A DNA stretch of 64,000 bases from Amoebophrya sp. A120. Taxonomy: Eukaryota; Protista; Dinoflagellata. The DNA lies in contig CAJINV010000025.1 of the NCBI GenBank assembly GCA_905178155.1, positions 11,445 through 75,444 of the forward strand, in the 5' to 3' direction. The translations under genes were made by a program, and so were the position numbers. The stretch's first letter is position 1. Each line of letters starts with the position of its first letter. Below the pieces are notes generated by a model that was not told where the DNA came from, made no database searches, and saw only the letters and a program-made list of their open reading frames with translations. Below, piece by piece: positions 37,801 to 49,300 of this stretch.

Positions 37801-40800
37801 AAGATCTGTGATGCTAGGGCGTGCATCACAGACATCATGGCTCATGCAAGACATGCGTCACAAGTCTCAGAATCTTCCCGACCCACACACTTTTGCATTT
37901 GATACTTGTCCACCTGCACAGAAATCCCAGTTTCCCGGTTTTTGTACTCGCCCGTTTCCACGACTTTCTCAATTTCCGCGAGCGACTCCACCAACGTCGA
38001 GCACTGGTCGTACACCCCAAACGCGCGGACGGTTTTCGCCAAGTCTAACCTTCGCATGTCGGCCTGTGAGAATCCTCAGTAAAAACGTTTCCACCCCATA
38101 GTTGTCATGTAGATTTGCATCTACAGAAACATTTGTGATGCGGGTCCCCATGAGAGGCATTTTTTCTAGTCGTGTTTTGGAATTTGCAATGCTGAAAACA
38201 GAGTCAGCAGATGGATATGTGAGCCACGGCTGTCCTTACGGCCCTGCACTACACTACGGACTGCAACTTGTCATGCGTGGCTCCCAAAGCTTCTAGATTT
38301 GTGTTGCTAAGTTCCCACCCTGACTATGGGGTGGGGACGTTTTTACACAGGATAGGGAAAACATTTGGTTCTCCTCCGTGATGTTCATCAGGCAGAGGAT
38401 AAAATGGTACAACGTCGCCCGCGGCTCCGCCGACGATTTCGTTTGCGCGAGCTTCTCCAAGGCCGACAACTCGAACCCGGTTTGGTCCTCGATGGTCGAA
38501 TATCAAATGTAAAAGTGTCTGGGTCTGGAAGAATGCAAGATTTGTGATGCAGGTTTTCCATGACCCAGGAGGTCTGGAATGCGAGACCCAGCATGACAGA
38601 TTTTTTGAGGTCTCTATGATGCCTTTCCTGCATGAGAAACTCCCTCTCAACTTGGTCAAAAGCGGACAGCTTTTGGTACTCACGCAACACAGATTTGTGC
38701 ATCATTCGGATTTAGCATGACAAGTTCTAATCTTCCAGACCCAGACATTTTTGCATTTGATAAACTACAGCGGGAGGTTCTTCGGGGAATTACAACCCGA
38801 GCGAAAATCTCCGGGCACCGCCGTCGTCGACTCCGAGCCAGCAGCCGCAGGACCTGCCGCCTAGAGCTAGTTATGCATTGCAAAAGTATCGTACTAGGCT
38901 GAATTGCATCACAAATAATTCTGCCAAGAGCAAAAAATGGAGTTTGTCATGCTGGAAAAGGTAAGGACCGATATCTGTCATGCATGAATGCAAATTAATA
39001 CGAGTTCGATGCTTTTGCACTGCATACTAGTGCGCGGATGTCCGGTCGGACGGCAACGGCGAGCAGTGTGGTTTCCACGACGAACTCGGCGCGGGGCAGT
39101 ACCAAACCCAACCCGTTTATGGAGGCGTCAGGATCGAAATCAACAAAATCAAAATAAGTAATTTGTGATGCATAAACTCGATACCGCTTGGTGCTTCAGT
39201 TTCTAAGTGGCGCATGACAAGTTTCGGGAGCACCAAAATCTAGTCTGTCATGCCTTTTGGGCAAAGAAGACTGTTCCTGTCATGCTACACGGGCAGCACA
39301 TCGCCTTCCCCTAAACAGGCTTGCGATTGGTCTCATTTGCCTGCTCCCTAATACAGACTATGCGCGTTCTCCATTTCATGCATTACAAATTTTGCGACTT
39401 TGTCGATTTCGATCCTGACACCCCTATACCGTTTACCGGAGCCGCCGGGCGCGCCAGCTACGATCGGCAGAACAGTGGGGCGAGCAGTAGCAGTTCCGGG
39501 GGCAGAAGACCGCAGATGCAACAGATTACAAAGTACTCGATTATTTTTCGAAATTGCTGTGGTTCAGTAGTTTTTCTTTATACTTTTTGGGTCATCTTCT
39601 CGCTGTTTCTTTGTCTTCTACCTTCGTGCCTGTTTTATTTCATGGCTAGGTGCGAGTGCGACGAAGAGGTTTATTTACACAAATGTTTTCAACTACAGCA
39701 TGCGCAGCATCAACCAGCCTTCCGGTGGCCGACGCGGGCAGCAGACTAGCTTCAACCATTTTATGGGTCCCACGCACAGTTTATCAACTGTAGAAATGTC
39801 TGGGTCTGGAAGAATGCAAGATTTGTCATGCATATTTCTCATGACCCATGATGCCTGTAATGCATAACCTAGCATAGCAGATTTTTAGAGGGCTTCCTGA
39901 TGCACTTTCTGCATGAGAAATGCCCTGTCCGTGTAGCACAATTTGTACCCCTCTTGCTGGTAATGCAATACAAATTTTTTTAGAGTCCAAAAACAGCATG
40001 ACAAGATGCAATCTTCCAGACCCAGACACTTTTGCAGTTGATACAGTTCTACGAGCCGGGTGTCCTCGAAAAAGAGCCAAACCCGACAGTCGCTCGTATC
40101 CTGTGCAAAAGTATCGTACTCGTATTGCAATCATGCATTACAAATCCTTTTGTTAAAGGTAAATCCGCATTACAAATTTCATTTCTCATGCTGAGGAAAT
40201 TTGTAATGCATTTTCATTTATACGAGTGCGATACTTTTGCATTGCATAGCTCGCCGGCTTCTGCGACGTTCAGGAGCAGGCCGTGCTGCAAGATCTCTTC
40301 GAGGCAGAAAACTTTCAGCTGAGCAGTGACGACGAGGAGGACGACGCGCGGCAAAATTCGTGCATCTATCGCAAGCAAAAACTGTTTCTCTGTAAACTTG
40401 TCATGCAGAAAATGTATCTTGCATAGTGTCTGTCTTGCTACACATGCAAGAAAGTGGATTTTTTAGGTGTGTTTTGCCTTAGGAACATTGCATGGAAAAT
40501 TTTCTCTGACGTGTAGAACAAGCTTGTGATGCTGCAAACCTTGCAAAACCCTTACAATGAAACAGTTTTTTCTTGCGATAGCATCTCTGAGGTGAGTACT
40601 GCGACTTTGAAAGACGAGCTACTACGCGAGAAGAGAAGGCGGCTGAGCTCCGGCGGGAAAAGTTTGCAGCGCTTCTTGGGGGGCGCTGAAGAACAGCGAA
40701 ATCACACTCACACGACGACGAATTCCTCGTCTAGGGGATACAACACACACGATCAGCTTCTATCCGGAGGTCGTGGAGCTGGTGCACCAGCTGTCACGGC

Positions 40801-41492
40801 CAGTACTGCCGCCATGAGCCGGAGTAAAGTCGGGGTGCCGAGCTACCACCACACGGGTACAAATGGTGCGAGCACGAGGACCCCCACTACAGCCGGAGTT
40901 CATCTGGAGCATCAAACTAGTACTGGCAATAGTACAATTACGTCTAATAAACCCGCGAACCTGCGACCGCTGACTAGTCGGCCCGCCGGCGGTGCTGGAC
41001 ATCCGGGCGGGTTGCCGCCAAGAGGGGGTGGAGCGATGGGAACGGGTGCGGCAAATGGAATGATGCTAACCCACCACCAGCGCGGCGGGGGAACGCGGCC
41101 GCCCGCGAACCATCCGCACACGGTATTACAATGAAAAATCCCCCCACGCCAGAACCTCTTGGCAGCATTTGTATTGCAAACCCTTCCAAATGAAACATTC
41201 GCCCTCGTCTTGCATCTATCAGCATCACAGGTTTTCAGTCGCGAATAGCAAAAATTTGTATTGCAAAAGATCCCAGCAAGAGCGGCGCTTGTCATGCAAG
41301 CACTGCTATATACGCCTGGACTCTGCATCAGAAAGATTCATCATACTCCTTTCATGCATGACAAAAAGTTTTCATTTGCAAACTTTGCATCACAAATTAT
41401 TGCAACTTTGGGGGTGGGGGCATTTTTCCTCGCGATACACGGTCGGCACGAGGCCGGGACGGGCACCACAAATGGCACCGGTCTACGAATGA
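22845..41492 (+). CDS. Large formin (low-complexity N-terminus, coiled coil, FH1, FH2, long C-terminal tail) with an internal inverted block
   Basis: FH1-like APPP..KGKGKGK; FH2 motifs VNIHW, VLLDEKRIRMLEIL, KVPALEQRLECMMF, LGNQLNKGS; 3' exons resume on + after 38762 and end APVYE* at 41492. Confidence 0.85.
23163..23446. mobile_element. Family-C TIR introner
   Basis: Direct repeat TGTGG. Confidence 0.9.
23510..23662. mobile_element. Family-B TIR introner
   Basis: Flanks GGCTG/GGCGG; frame restored. Confidence 0.85.
23753..24035. mobile_element. Family-C TIR introner, opposite internal orientation to the 23163 copy
   Basis: Direct repeat ACCGG. Confidence 0.9.
24107..24368. mobile_element. 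Family-A TIR introner
   Basis: Direct repeat CAGAG. Confidence 0.9.
25340..25601. mobile_element. Family-A TIR introner
   Basis: Direct repeat AACGC. Confidence 0.9.
26279..26451. mobile_element. Short family-A TIR introner
   Basis: Flanks GCAAG/GCGAG; degenerate TIRs. Confidence 0.8.
26552..26807. mobile_element. Family-E TIR introner
   Basis: TATAATCCGCTCAGGTGTTACAATCTCAAA...GTTTGAGCACGTCATA; direct repeat CTCGA. Confidence 0.85.
26867..27386. mobile_element. Family-A TIR introner with nested insertion
   Basis: Direct repeat GCAGA; insert 27021-27272. Confidence 0.9.
27561..27874. mobile_element. Family-D TIR introner
   Basis: Direct repeat GGAGG. Confidence 0.85.
28129..28485. mobile_element. 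Family-F TIR introner
   Basis: TATCCCACGAAAAAAGTGTTACAGTTACACA...TGTGTAACTGTAACACTTTTTTCTTGCGATA; direct repeat TCAAC. Confidence 0.9.
29559..29781. mobile_element. Family-G TIR introner
   Basis: TATGCAAGGAAAAAAC...GTTTTTTCTTGGATA; direct repeat CCAAC. Confidence 0.85.
30453..30663. mobile_element. Family-G TIR introner
   Basis: TATCACAGGAAAAAAAC...TTTTTTCTTGGATA; frame restored. Confidence 0.8.
30821..31142. mobile_element. Family-D TIR introner
   Basis: Direct repeat CTCCT. Confidence 0.9.
31376..32100. mobile_element. Family-D TIR introner with nested insertion
   Basis: Direct repeat GCTGC; insert 31644-32028 flanked by a 15-bp duplication. Confidence 0.9.
32274..32490. mobile_element. 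Family-F TIR introner
   Basis: Flanks CATTG/CATCG. Confidence 0.85.
32542..32806. mobile_element. Family-E TIR introner
   Basis: Direct repeat CAGAA. Confidence 0.9.
32879..33134. mobile_element. Family-A TIR introner
   Basis: Direct repeat ACCAC. Confidence 0.9.
33206..33476. mobile_element. Family-E TIR introner
   Basis: Direct repeat TCGAG. Confidence 0.9.
33533..33758. mobile_element. Family-H TIR introner
   Basis: TATGATAATGCACAACTGCCCCTCCCCCTCATTTG...CAAATGAGGGGGAGGGGGAGATGTGCACTCTCATA; frame restored. Confidence 0.85.
33855..34109. mobile_element. Family-A TIR introner
   Basis: Direct repeat GGGGA; interrupts the LG-NQLN motif. Confidence 0.9.
34145..34410. mobile_element. Family-A introner at the left inversion breakpoint
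   Basis: Non-matching flanks TTCGA / TAGTT. Confidence 0.9.
34416..38495 (-). CDS. Inverted exon block of the formin (second half of FH2 plus tail)
   Basis: Minus strand gives TIEDQTGFELSALEKLAQTKSS..TLYHF, DQFQDVMGTFVENA, YKELGIFF..LFQIMFDF; no stop codons after intron removal. Confidence 0.85.
35178..35363. mobile_element. Family-B TIR introner
   Basis: Direct repeat GGTCT. Confidence 0.85.
35981..36129. mobile_element. Family-B TIR introner
   Basis: Direct repeat GCGGT. Confidence 0.9.
36220..36471. mobile_element. Family-E TIR introner
   Basis: Flanks TCGAG/TCGAC. Confidence 0.9.
36777..36927. mobile_element. Family-B TIR introner
   Basis: Direct repeat CCCGT. Confidence 0.9.
37503..37904. 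mobile_element. Family-A TIR introner with nested insertion
   Basis: Direct repeat CTTGT; about 140 bp of extra sequence at about 37618-37757. Confidence 0.9.
38071..38354. mobile_element. Family-C TIR introner
   Basis: AATCCTCAGTAAAAACG...CGTTTTTACACAGGATA; frame restored on the minus strand. Confidence 0.8.
38501..38762. mobile_element. Family-A introner at the right inversion breakpoint
   Basis: Flanks TCGAA / AACTA, the reverse complements of the flanks of the 34145 element. Confidence 0.9.
38872..39026. mobile_element. Family-B TIR introner
   Basis: Direct repeat CTAGT. Confidence 0.85.
39118..39428. mobile_element. Family-I TIR introner
   Basis: TATGGAGGCGTCAGGATCGAAATC...GATTTCGATCCTGACACCCCTATA; direct repeat CCGTT. 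Confidence 0.9.
39782..40043. mobile_element. Family-A TIR introner, reverse complement of the 25340 type
   Basis: Direct repeat CAGTT. Confidence 0.9.
40097..40248. mobile_element. Family-B TIR introner
   Basis: Direct repeat GCTCG. Confidence 0.9.
40367..40580. mobile_element. Family-G TIR introner
   Basis: Direct repeat GCATC. Confidence 0.9.
41124..41437. mobile_element. Family-J TIR introner
   Basis: TATTACAATGAAAAATCCCCCCAC...GTGGGGGCATTTTTCCTCGCGATA; direct repeat CACGG. Confidence 0.85.
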
Positions 41493-41829
41493 AAATGATG
41501 AAGATCAGGATATTTTATTTTTATGCGACGTTGGAGTAGTTTTCGTTACAAGAAGGTTATTAAATAACAAAGGTGGAGTCTTGACCACCTCTACGCTCTC
41601 TTACAAGTGGCTTAGTTGTTTGTTCCGCGCCGAAGCGCGCAAGCAAGCAAGAGAACTTGACCAGATTTTATACGTTTTCTTACTGTTGCATGATATTATT
41701 TAACAACTTCAACTCGGAAAACAAAGTACCCAGTCACGGGTTTCTTTCCATCTTGATATACGAGAACTCCCTAGAAGTTTTTAATTTTACCGTTTTCATT
41801 TATTGATACACCAATGGCAACATAACAAA

Positions 41830-41975
41830 AAGCCTGGCGTAACTTACTAAAAGATCATGTTGATGCAATGGCAATAGAGCCTGGCGCAACTTACTACTAA
41901 ATAAAAGATCATGTCCTCGATGCAATGGGAATAGAGCCTGGCGCAACTTACTAAAAGATCATGGCAATAGAGCCA
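41830..41975. repeat. Short tandem repeat (~50-55 bp, about 3 copies)
   Basis: gcctggcgYaacttactaaaagatcatg...gcaatagagc repeated. Confidence 0.75.
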
Positions 41976-43376
41976 GTAAAGAGAGGATCAAAAGAGCAGC
42001 AGCACAAGAAGTTGACTTGCTCGAGTTGTTTTCTTTCAAGGACTGGCTTGGTCTATGTCTATCCAAAGTCCTTCTAGTTGGCCTAGTTTAATACAGTTGA
42101 GTCGGCAGCACAAATCCTGTGCGCCAGCAAGCACGCACTCTCTTTTTACCAGTACTGATATTATGCAAAATAAAGTGCGGAGAGAGGATGGAGGTCTTTC
42201 CGCACAGCCACATTTACAAATTGTTTTTTCGAGCTAACCTTTTGAAAATGCCAATAATTTTCACGAGATCAGAATTTATTCGACAGTTACAGCAAAAGAC
42301 TTCCAAAGAGTAGTAGTTTGATTCGAGCATATGGTTAGAGGCAAAAGCCCTGCACAAAAAAGTAGCAGGCACGATAATTTCCAATTTCAACAAGTAAAAT
42401 ACTGAATAAGCGCAAAGTTGCTATAAGCAGAAGAAGGTACTTTTTATTCATCTCGACGGAAGTTTATAAGAACACCACAGTGCAGTCCTTGTCGCTGCTG
42501 CGATCGCAGAGCCAATGAGCTGCGCGAGACGGGAGACTGTAGTCAAAGCAGATTAGTAGTTTTCACGGCGGACTGGCAATAAACGATAAGTACGGAGAGC
42601 CAGTAGCCGAGATAGAAGAGAGCTTTCTATGTATAGGTAAATACGAACGGTTATCCAAGACCACGAGCTCGAATTGCAAAAGAAAAGCAGTCGCGTTTCC
42701 AGAGGCGCTGTCATACTATCTCGCCAAATAAGTAAACGACAAGTCAAGAAAAGTCCATCGGGGAAAATGTTTTCGAATTTACAGTTCAAAAACCGCAAGA
42801 AGAGCTAGGGTTTCTTTTCAGATTCACAGATTTAAAAGACCGACGGGGTCACGCAGAACAGTGCGAATTTGTTTTCGAGCTAGATTTACTACAAAAATGA
42901 AATATTTTTCCACGACGAACAGCGAAAGCAAGGGCAAACGACGTGAAAAGCGGTGTGAGGGCAAGTTGTGATCTTTAGTACAAATGTAACATCATAAGTT
43001 TTGTGATTCACGGTCTGCGTGCAAGAAAAAGAATGTGTTCAACCTTATAGGACGAGTACGACAACATTAGAAGTACGATTATCCCGAGAACGAAGGTTGC
43101 CGTTGGTGCTGACGTGTGCAAAACGGCCGTGAAGAGAGCCTATGGAGCGTAAGTATTCAAACTCGAAAAAGCGACTGTTACGGCATACTGCTTTTTTCGA
43201 GCGTGTCAAAATTTTCTGTCTTTTTTCCGATTTTACCCGCTCCGATAAAGCGCCCCAATCGCCGCTGTGCTATCGCACATTTTAGCCTGATCAGACGTCG
43301 TAGCTTGTGGTGGAAGTGGTTGCAGCAACTCCCGGCACTTCCCGTCGCAGCATGCACAACGTCCTCGAGGACCATC

Positions 43377-46300
43377 ATGCTGGCCTACACGAGTGTGGAG
43401 AAGATCCTGACTCGGCTCGGGTACTCGCACACCCGTACCCGGGGGAGTCACCACCAATTTACGCACCCGCACCGCGCGACGCAGCCCGTGCCGGTGCACA
43501 ACCACAAGGTGCGGCCGGATGTGTTTCGCTTGATCCTGCGCAACATCGAGCGGGTGCGGGAGAGGGAAGAGCAGGAGACCGGCTTTGTTCATGATCCTGT
43601 ACAACTAGTGGAGGAGGTTGATATTAAAAACGACGATGCTGAGGAGCTCCAGGTTGACTTGTGCGAAGAAGTGGAGGTGGATGAATCAACTAGTACAAGA
43701 ACTTCTGCTGCATCTAATATTGCGCCACACGAGGTGGACACCTCCTCTTCCTCCAGCGGTTCTGCTAGTGCGCATGCTGACCTTGTTCCAGTCACTACAA
43801 CTTCCAGAAGTTCTTTTCCTGGCGATAAAGCGAAAGCTGGCGGGTCCACCGGAATTACATCTTCCGACGAGGTAGCTTTGCAGAAGGGAACAAGAGTTGC
43901 TGCTTCGTCTACAAGAAGGAGCCTTCTGTTCAAGCCGAAGCCCCGACAACGGAGCATCAAGCTCAACGTGCACACGATTGCCAGCATCGTCCTCGCGACC
44001 GAGGAAAAGGAGGAGTACGAACGCCTTTTGCAGGTGTGGGAAGCGAGGGCGAAAGCGAAGCAGGAAGGAGTTCGGCAGGAACTGCTGGACATTGAGGCGG
44101 AGTTTCACGAACTAATTTCGGATGGCAAGGCCAAAGAGGCTGCGGACATGCTGGAAAATGTGGTACGCGATAAGCGATTCGCAAAATATCGCGGACAGCA
44201 GCTGCAGGAGCAGAAGTCTTCGGGTAGTAGTTCTTGTCAACAACAGTCTACTTCATCGGGTGGAGATGGTGTTGACCGCATGAAGATCCTCCAGCCGGAG
44301 GCCACTGTGACGATCTTTGACCTAGAACTGTACTACACAACCGCTTTGGAGCAGCACGCCAGCTCCTTCCCCTTCGGCAGTGAGAAGGCGTTGGCGGTGT
44401 ACCAGAAGTTGCTGAATTACCTGGAAAAAATGAAGACTGTCTGGTGGCGCCACAAGGAGACCAGTGTGGTGGAACTTCGACACAGCGAGTGCCTGAAGAG
44501 CGTGCTGTGCGGGTTATCGGCCGCCCTGTGCAAGCTGAGGGAGAAAAAACTTGCGGGCCTCGAGATGGTCCTGGCGCAGCGCATATCAAATGCAAAAATG
44601 TCTGGGTCTGGAAGAGTCATGCTGCTTTTGCATGACAAAGAAGGTCTGGCATGGAAACTCTAGCATCACAGGCTTCGAGAAGCTTCCGCAATGCCGAATC
44701 TGCATCACAAATGCCCGACTTTGGTGACAGAAAGTAGACAGCTTTTGCTGCCTATGCATGAGAGATTCTTATGTGTTGTGAAATGCGCATCACAAGCTTG
44801 CATTCTTCCAGACCCAGATATATTTGCAATGCATAGCGCAATGTCACCAACTTTTTCATCTGGCTGGTCGGGTACTTTGACGAGCAAAAGCTCCGCGCCG
44901 AGCCGCGGCGCCGCCGGTTTGCGGAGCTGACCGAGATCTTCGGCCCCGAGCTGCTGGGGCTCGCCCGGCAACTCCTCTCGCCCGCGAGCCATTTCTTCCT
45001 CGAAGTCGCGGCTCCCTCGGGGATTCTACAGCGTTGCGAGAAGAAGTGGCTGCGAGAACTGCAAAAGGCGCCCAAGTATCAAATGCAAATATATGTTTTC
45101 TGGGTCTGGCAAGTTGTGATGCAAATCTGTCAATGGTGAGCGCAAGTGCGTTTTCAGGCAAGAGGCCCTTTTCTTGCTCATGCAACAGAGATTTAAGGGT
45201 CATGCCAGACAAGCATGACAAACTTGCAATCTTCAAGACGAAGACATGTTTGCAATGCATACCAAGTCCGTCACGCTGCTGCTCGAAGTGTTCGAGCTGA
45301 TCGTACCGAAAAACGCGAAAGAATGTCCAAAGGCCCGCAAAGCCTTCTGGAAGAGGATCACCGACGAGATCAACAGTCGCGGCATGGGTCTGGGGCTCAT
45401 GTGCGGCTGCGGGTGCAACTCCGGCGTGCGCGTGTCCCAGGAGCGAGAGCTCTTGAAGCCCAACCGCGCGGAAGCGGCTTACAACACCGAGCTCAAGATG
45501 CTGCTATCAACTGCAAATATGTCTGGGTCTGGAAGAGTCGGGGTTTGTCATGCACATTTTGCATGACCCGTGAGGTCTGTGATGCAGATCCTAGCACCAG
45601 CAGAGATTTTTTGAGGGCTTCTTGATGCTTATCACGCATGAGAAATGGTCTCTCCGCGTGCCAAGAACTGAACTCCTCTTGCTGCTCATGCAACACAGAT
45701 ATTTTTAGATTCCGCAGACAGCATTACAAGTTTCACCCTTCCAGACCCAGACATATTTGCACTGCATAGCTGCGCTGGCTGCGCGAATTCGTCGGCAGCT
45801 TTCACGACGTCCAAGCGAACGAAAAGATTGACGACATGACCCTCCTTCACGGCTGGGGCTCCACGTGCGGCCTTGGCGCCGAGGTGGTCTATGAAATGCA
45901 AAAGCATCGTACTAGTATAAATTGTATTACAAATTCGCTCAGCATTACAAATAAGATTTGTAATGCTGTTTTACCGTAGGAAAGAGATTTGTCATGCATA
46001 ACAGCAATTACTACGAGTACGATACTTTTGCAGAGCATATGCTCTTGTCGCTCGTGATGTTGAACCGCCTGCGCCCGAGTGTGCCGGCGCGCCTCCTCGC
46101 GAATCACCTGGCGCTGCTGCGGAAGTTCAACCTGGCTAGATTACACCCCGCCTGGGTACTGGGGTGTGACTTTTGGGCGTGTTCGAACCATTTCGAGTGG
46201 TCTGCCTATTACCAGCTCGCCGCCGGCCTCATGACTTTTCTTTACGAGCTGATCGGAACGAAATGTGGGCGACAACTGCTGCTGCAGAACAAAGCCCCGG

Positions 46301-49300
46301 AGATTTTTCGTTTTTTGGCAAGCACCAACAGAAGTTTTGGTGCGGGGAGCAAGAATTTTTTGTGGGCGGGTAGTAGTACAAGAACCTCTAGTGCAACAGC
46401 ACGCCACTCCTCGACGGCCGCTGCGGCTGCCGGGAACAAGAACGACATTGCCAAGAACGACATCAAGAAAATTACTACCCATAGTACGCGCTCCTGGCCG
46501 CTGGAAAAAATCCCAGTCGATGAGGTACGAAAAGTGTTTACGGAGACCTTTTTCTACATGGCACAGGGCTACCAGTACGAGTTTGGGCGACAAAGCGGAA
46601 AACACGTCCTGTTCGAGAGGTCGATGCAGATCCCGGAGGCAGCGCCGCACTACGTGCTGCACACCTTTTTCCTACCGGTACAGGTATTGTACCTGATCGA
46701 GCAGCTCGAAGGAACCCTGTCATCTTCGATGACGAGGACCGCGGCCTCCGGCCGACCGGAAAAGTACCATCATGCTGGCGAGGACGTCGAAACAGGAAAT
46801 AAAGGCCGCGACGTGCCGGTTGATGTGGACGAGCACGACGGCGCAACCGACGACCACGACAGAACAAGCGCTGTTGATCCGGCCTCGGCAGCCGCAACTT
46901 CTGCGTCGAAGATGTTGCTACCAGCAGCAGGTCGTGCTGTTGATGTACTAGCTGGGGGGACCACGACCTCGACCACCTCGCCAACAACTTCATCTCAGAC
47001 CACTACAGAGACCACGGGTCGTGGAGAAGTGCAGTCTTTAAAAACAGCCGGGACGACGAGCATGAAAACCAGCAGAGAACAAGATCATGCAGAAGCTGTA
47101 AAAAGAACGACGAACACCGTCGTCCTCTCCACAGAAGATGAACAATCTCCCAATCGTCCGCTCGCCCGCCGGCTCGTGCGCTTTTTGCTTGGGTGGATGC
47201 AAGCCGGACTGGAAAACTCGACCGTGGACGGAATTACGTGGCACGCCTTTGTGCGCCAGAAGCTGGACCAGGTTTCGTGCGCAAAAGACCCGATGACGAA
47301 AAAATTAATGTACGGGCCCGGCCCGGTTGCGTTCAACTGCTACCCGGCCCTGAACTTCCAGCCAAGAAAAACCGACGCTCCGCTGCTCGCGCGCGACGTC
47401 CGCGGTGGGCTGGCGCCGCTCGTCTGCGCGCTGGGGCAAAGTGGCCTGGAGATGTGGGACGTCGTGACGAGAGAGGAGGCCAACCGTCGCAGATTGTCGG
47501 GCGAAACATGGAGCGTCAGCGGGGCGGAGTTATCCTCAGTCCAAACGCTCCTTCGATCCCAGAATTTTTGTCATGCAAATCTGCATGCCAATGGGAATGG
47601 ACAGGCCAAGGGGAGCCTGAAGATCTCTCATATACAAGGAGGCACCGTGTGGGATGCAGTTTCTATAACCCTAACTATGTTTGGACATCCGTGACGAGTA
47701 TACGAAACTAAATTTCAGGAGACGCGTCTGGATTGATCAGCTAGGCGCGATTTTTACCTACTTACTGTACTGTCGTGTATCCACGAATCTTCTACTTCTC
47801 ACGTGCGTGGCTCGCAATAATTAAAAGTAGTTCCGAATCACTTGTCTTCTACTTAGTGCTCGCCCCATCTTGATTTTGGGGTCGTGGGTACATAGAATTT
47901 TTCCGCAGGACAGAAGTTCGTCGAGAAGTTTCTGCTACAAGGCCTCCGGGATTACGACCTGAACTACAGAGATGTCGTCCAGGACCAGACTTTGTTTTCT
48001 CCGAAGCACGAAACCCTCACGCTGCTCCTCCGGATCGCTTCGCAGTGCATTCTGCGGACGCACGAGGGTGGTGGTCCCGGACGAGGTCCCCCCGAGACAA
48101 GTCGTCCTTCTTCGAAGCCGCAAGAAGATGAAGTGGAACAATTACGCGGCCAGGAAGACGAGGCTGTACTAGAGCCGAAGGGAACATCAACGTCGAAGGA
48201 TTCCTTCAATATTAAACAAACTACTGCGTCAAACTCGGGGGGAGGAGGGGTTGTGCGACCGCGTGCAAGAAAAGCAATTTCCTTTCCGAGTGCTGACACC
48301 GCGGTCACGTCGAAGGCGGAGCAGGAGGGCTTTTTTGCTTTTTTGGCATCCATATCGAATGCAAATATGTCTGGGTCTGGAAACTACTAACTTGTGATGC
48401 TGAATGGTCATGATTGACTGTGCCTGTAAGTGCAGTATAGCATGACGAATGCTTCATACGCTTTTTCATGCGCAGAACGCATTACTAACTGCGCTTTTGC
48501 ATGACGAAACTGTGGCGCTTTATTTGCTGTTTACGCAATACAGATTTTCTGCGAATGCGAAACATGCAATACAGGTTCAACCTTTCCAGACCCAGACCTA
48601 TTTGCAATGCATATTCCGACTACGTGAAAACCGTTTTTACCGTGGACTACTTCACTGCGTTTCTCACTATCAAATGCAAAAATGTCTGGGTCTGGGAGGA
48701 TGGAACTTGTGATGCGTCCTGTGGGTCACCCAAAGATCTGTGTTGCGTGATCACCAAAAGTTGCTCTTTTTTGACCAACATGAGCAGGAGTTTCTCATGC
48801 AGGATAGGCATGGTGGAGACTTCGCAGGATCTGTCGTGCTAGGTCCTGCATTCCAGGCCTCATGGGGCATGGAAAATATGCATGACAAATCTGCATTCCT
48901 CTTCCAGACCCAGACACTTTTGCATTTGATACTCACGGAGCAGGTTCTATTCGGACCGGAAGCCATGAACCAGCTAGAAAGGATATCCTGAGTAAAAACG
49001 TACCCACACCAGAGTCAGTATGGGGATTTTGCAATACAAACCAAGGAGTTTTGTGAGTCACGCATGACAAGTTGCCCTCCGCAGTGTAGTGCAGGTTAGC
49101 AAGTGCAGCCGCGTCACAGATTCATCTGCTCATCCTGTTCACAGCATCACAAATTCCAAAACACGATTGGAAATGGCTCTCATGGGGATGTGCATTACAA
49201 GTCTTCCTGTCTTTGCAAATCTGCATTACAACTCTGGCGTGGGTACGTTTTTACTCAGGATAAAGGATGCACGGGGTGCCGGATCCCTACGCGGCGGAGT

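Noticed and set aside
47650-47712. Hammerhead-like GTGACGAG-TATA-CGAAAC and a telomere-like TAACCCTAAC inside the family-C element
   Set aside because: The core lacks the conserved C3 and convincing stems, and a single telomere-like unit is expected by chance.
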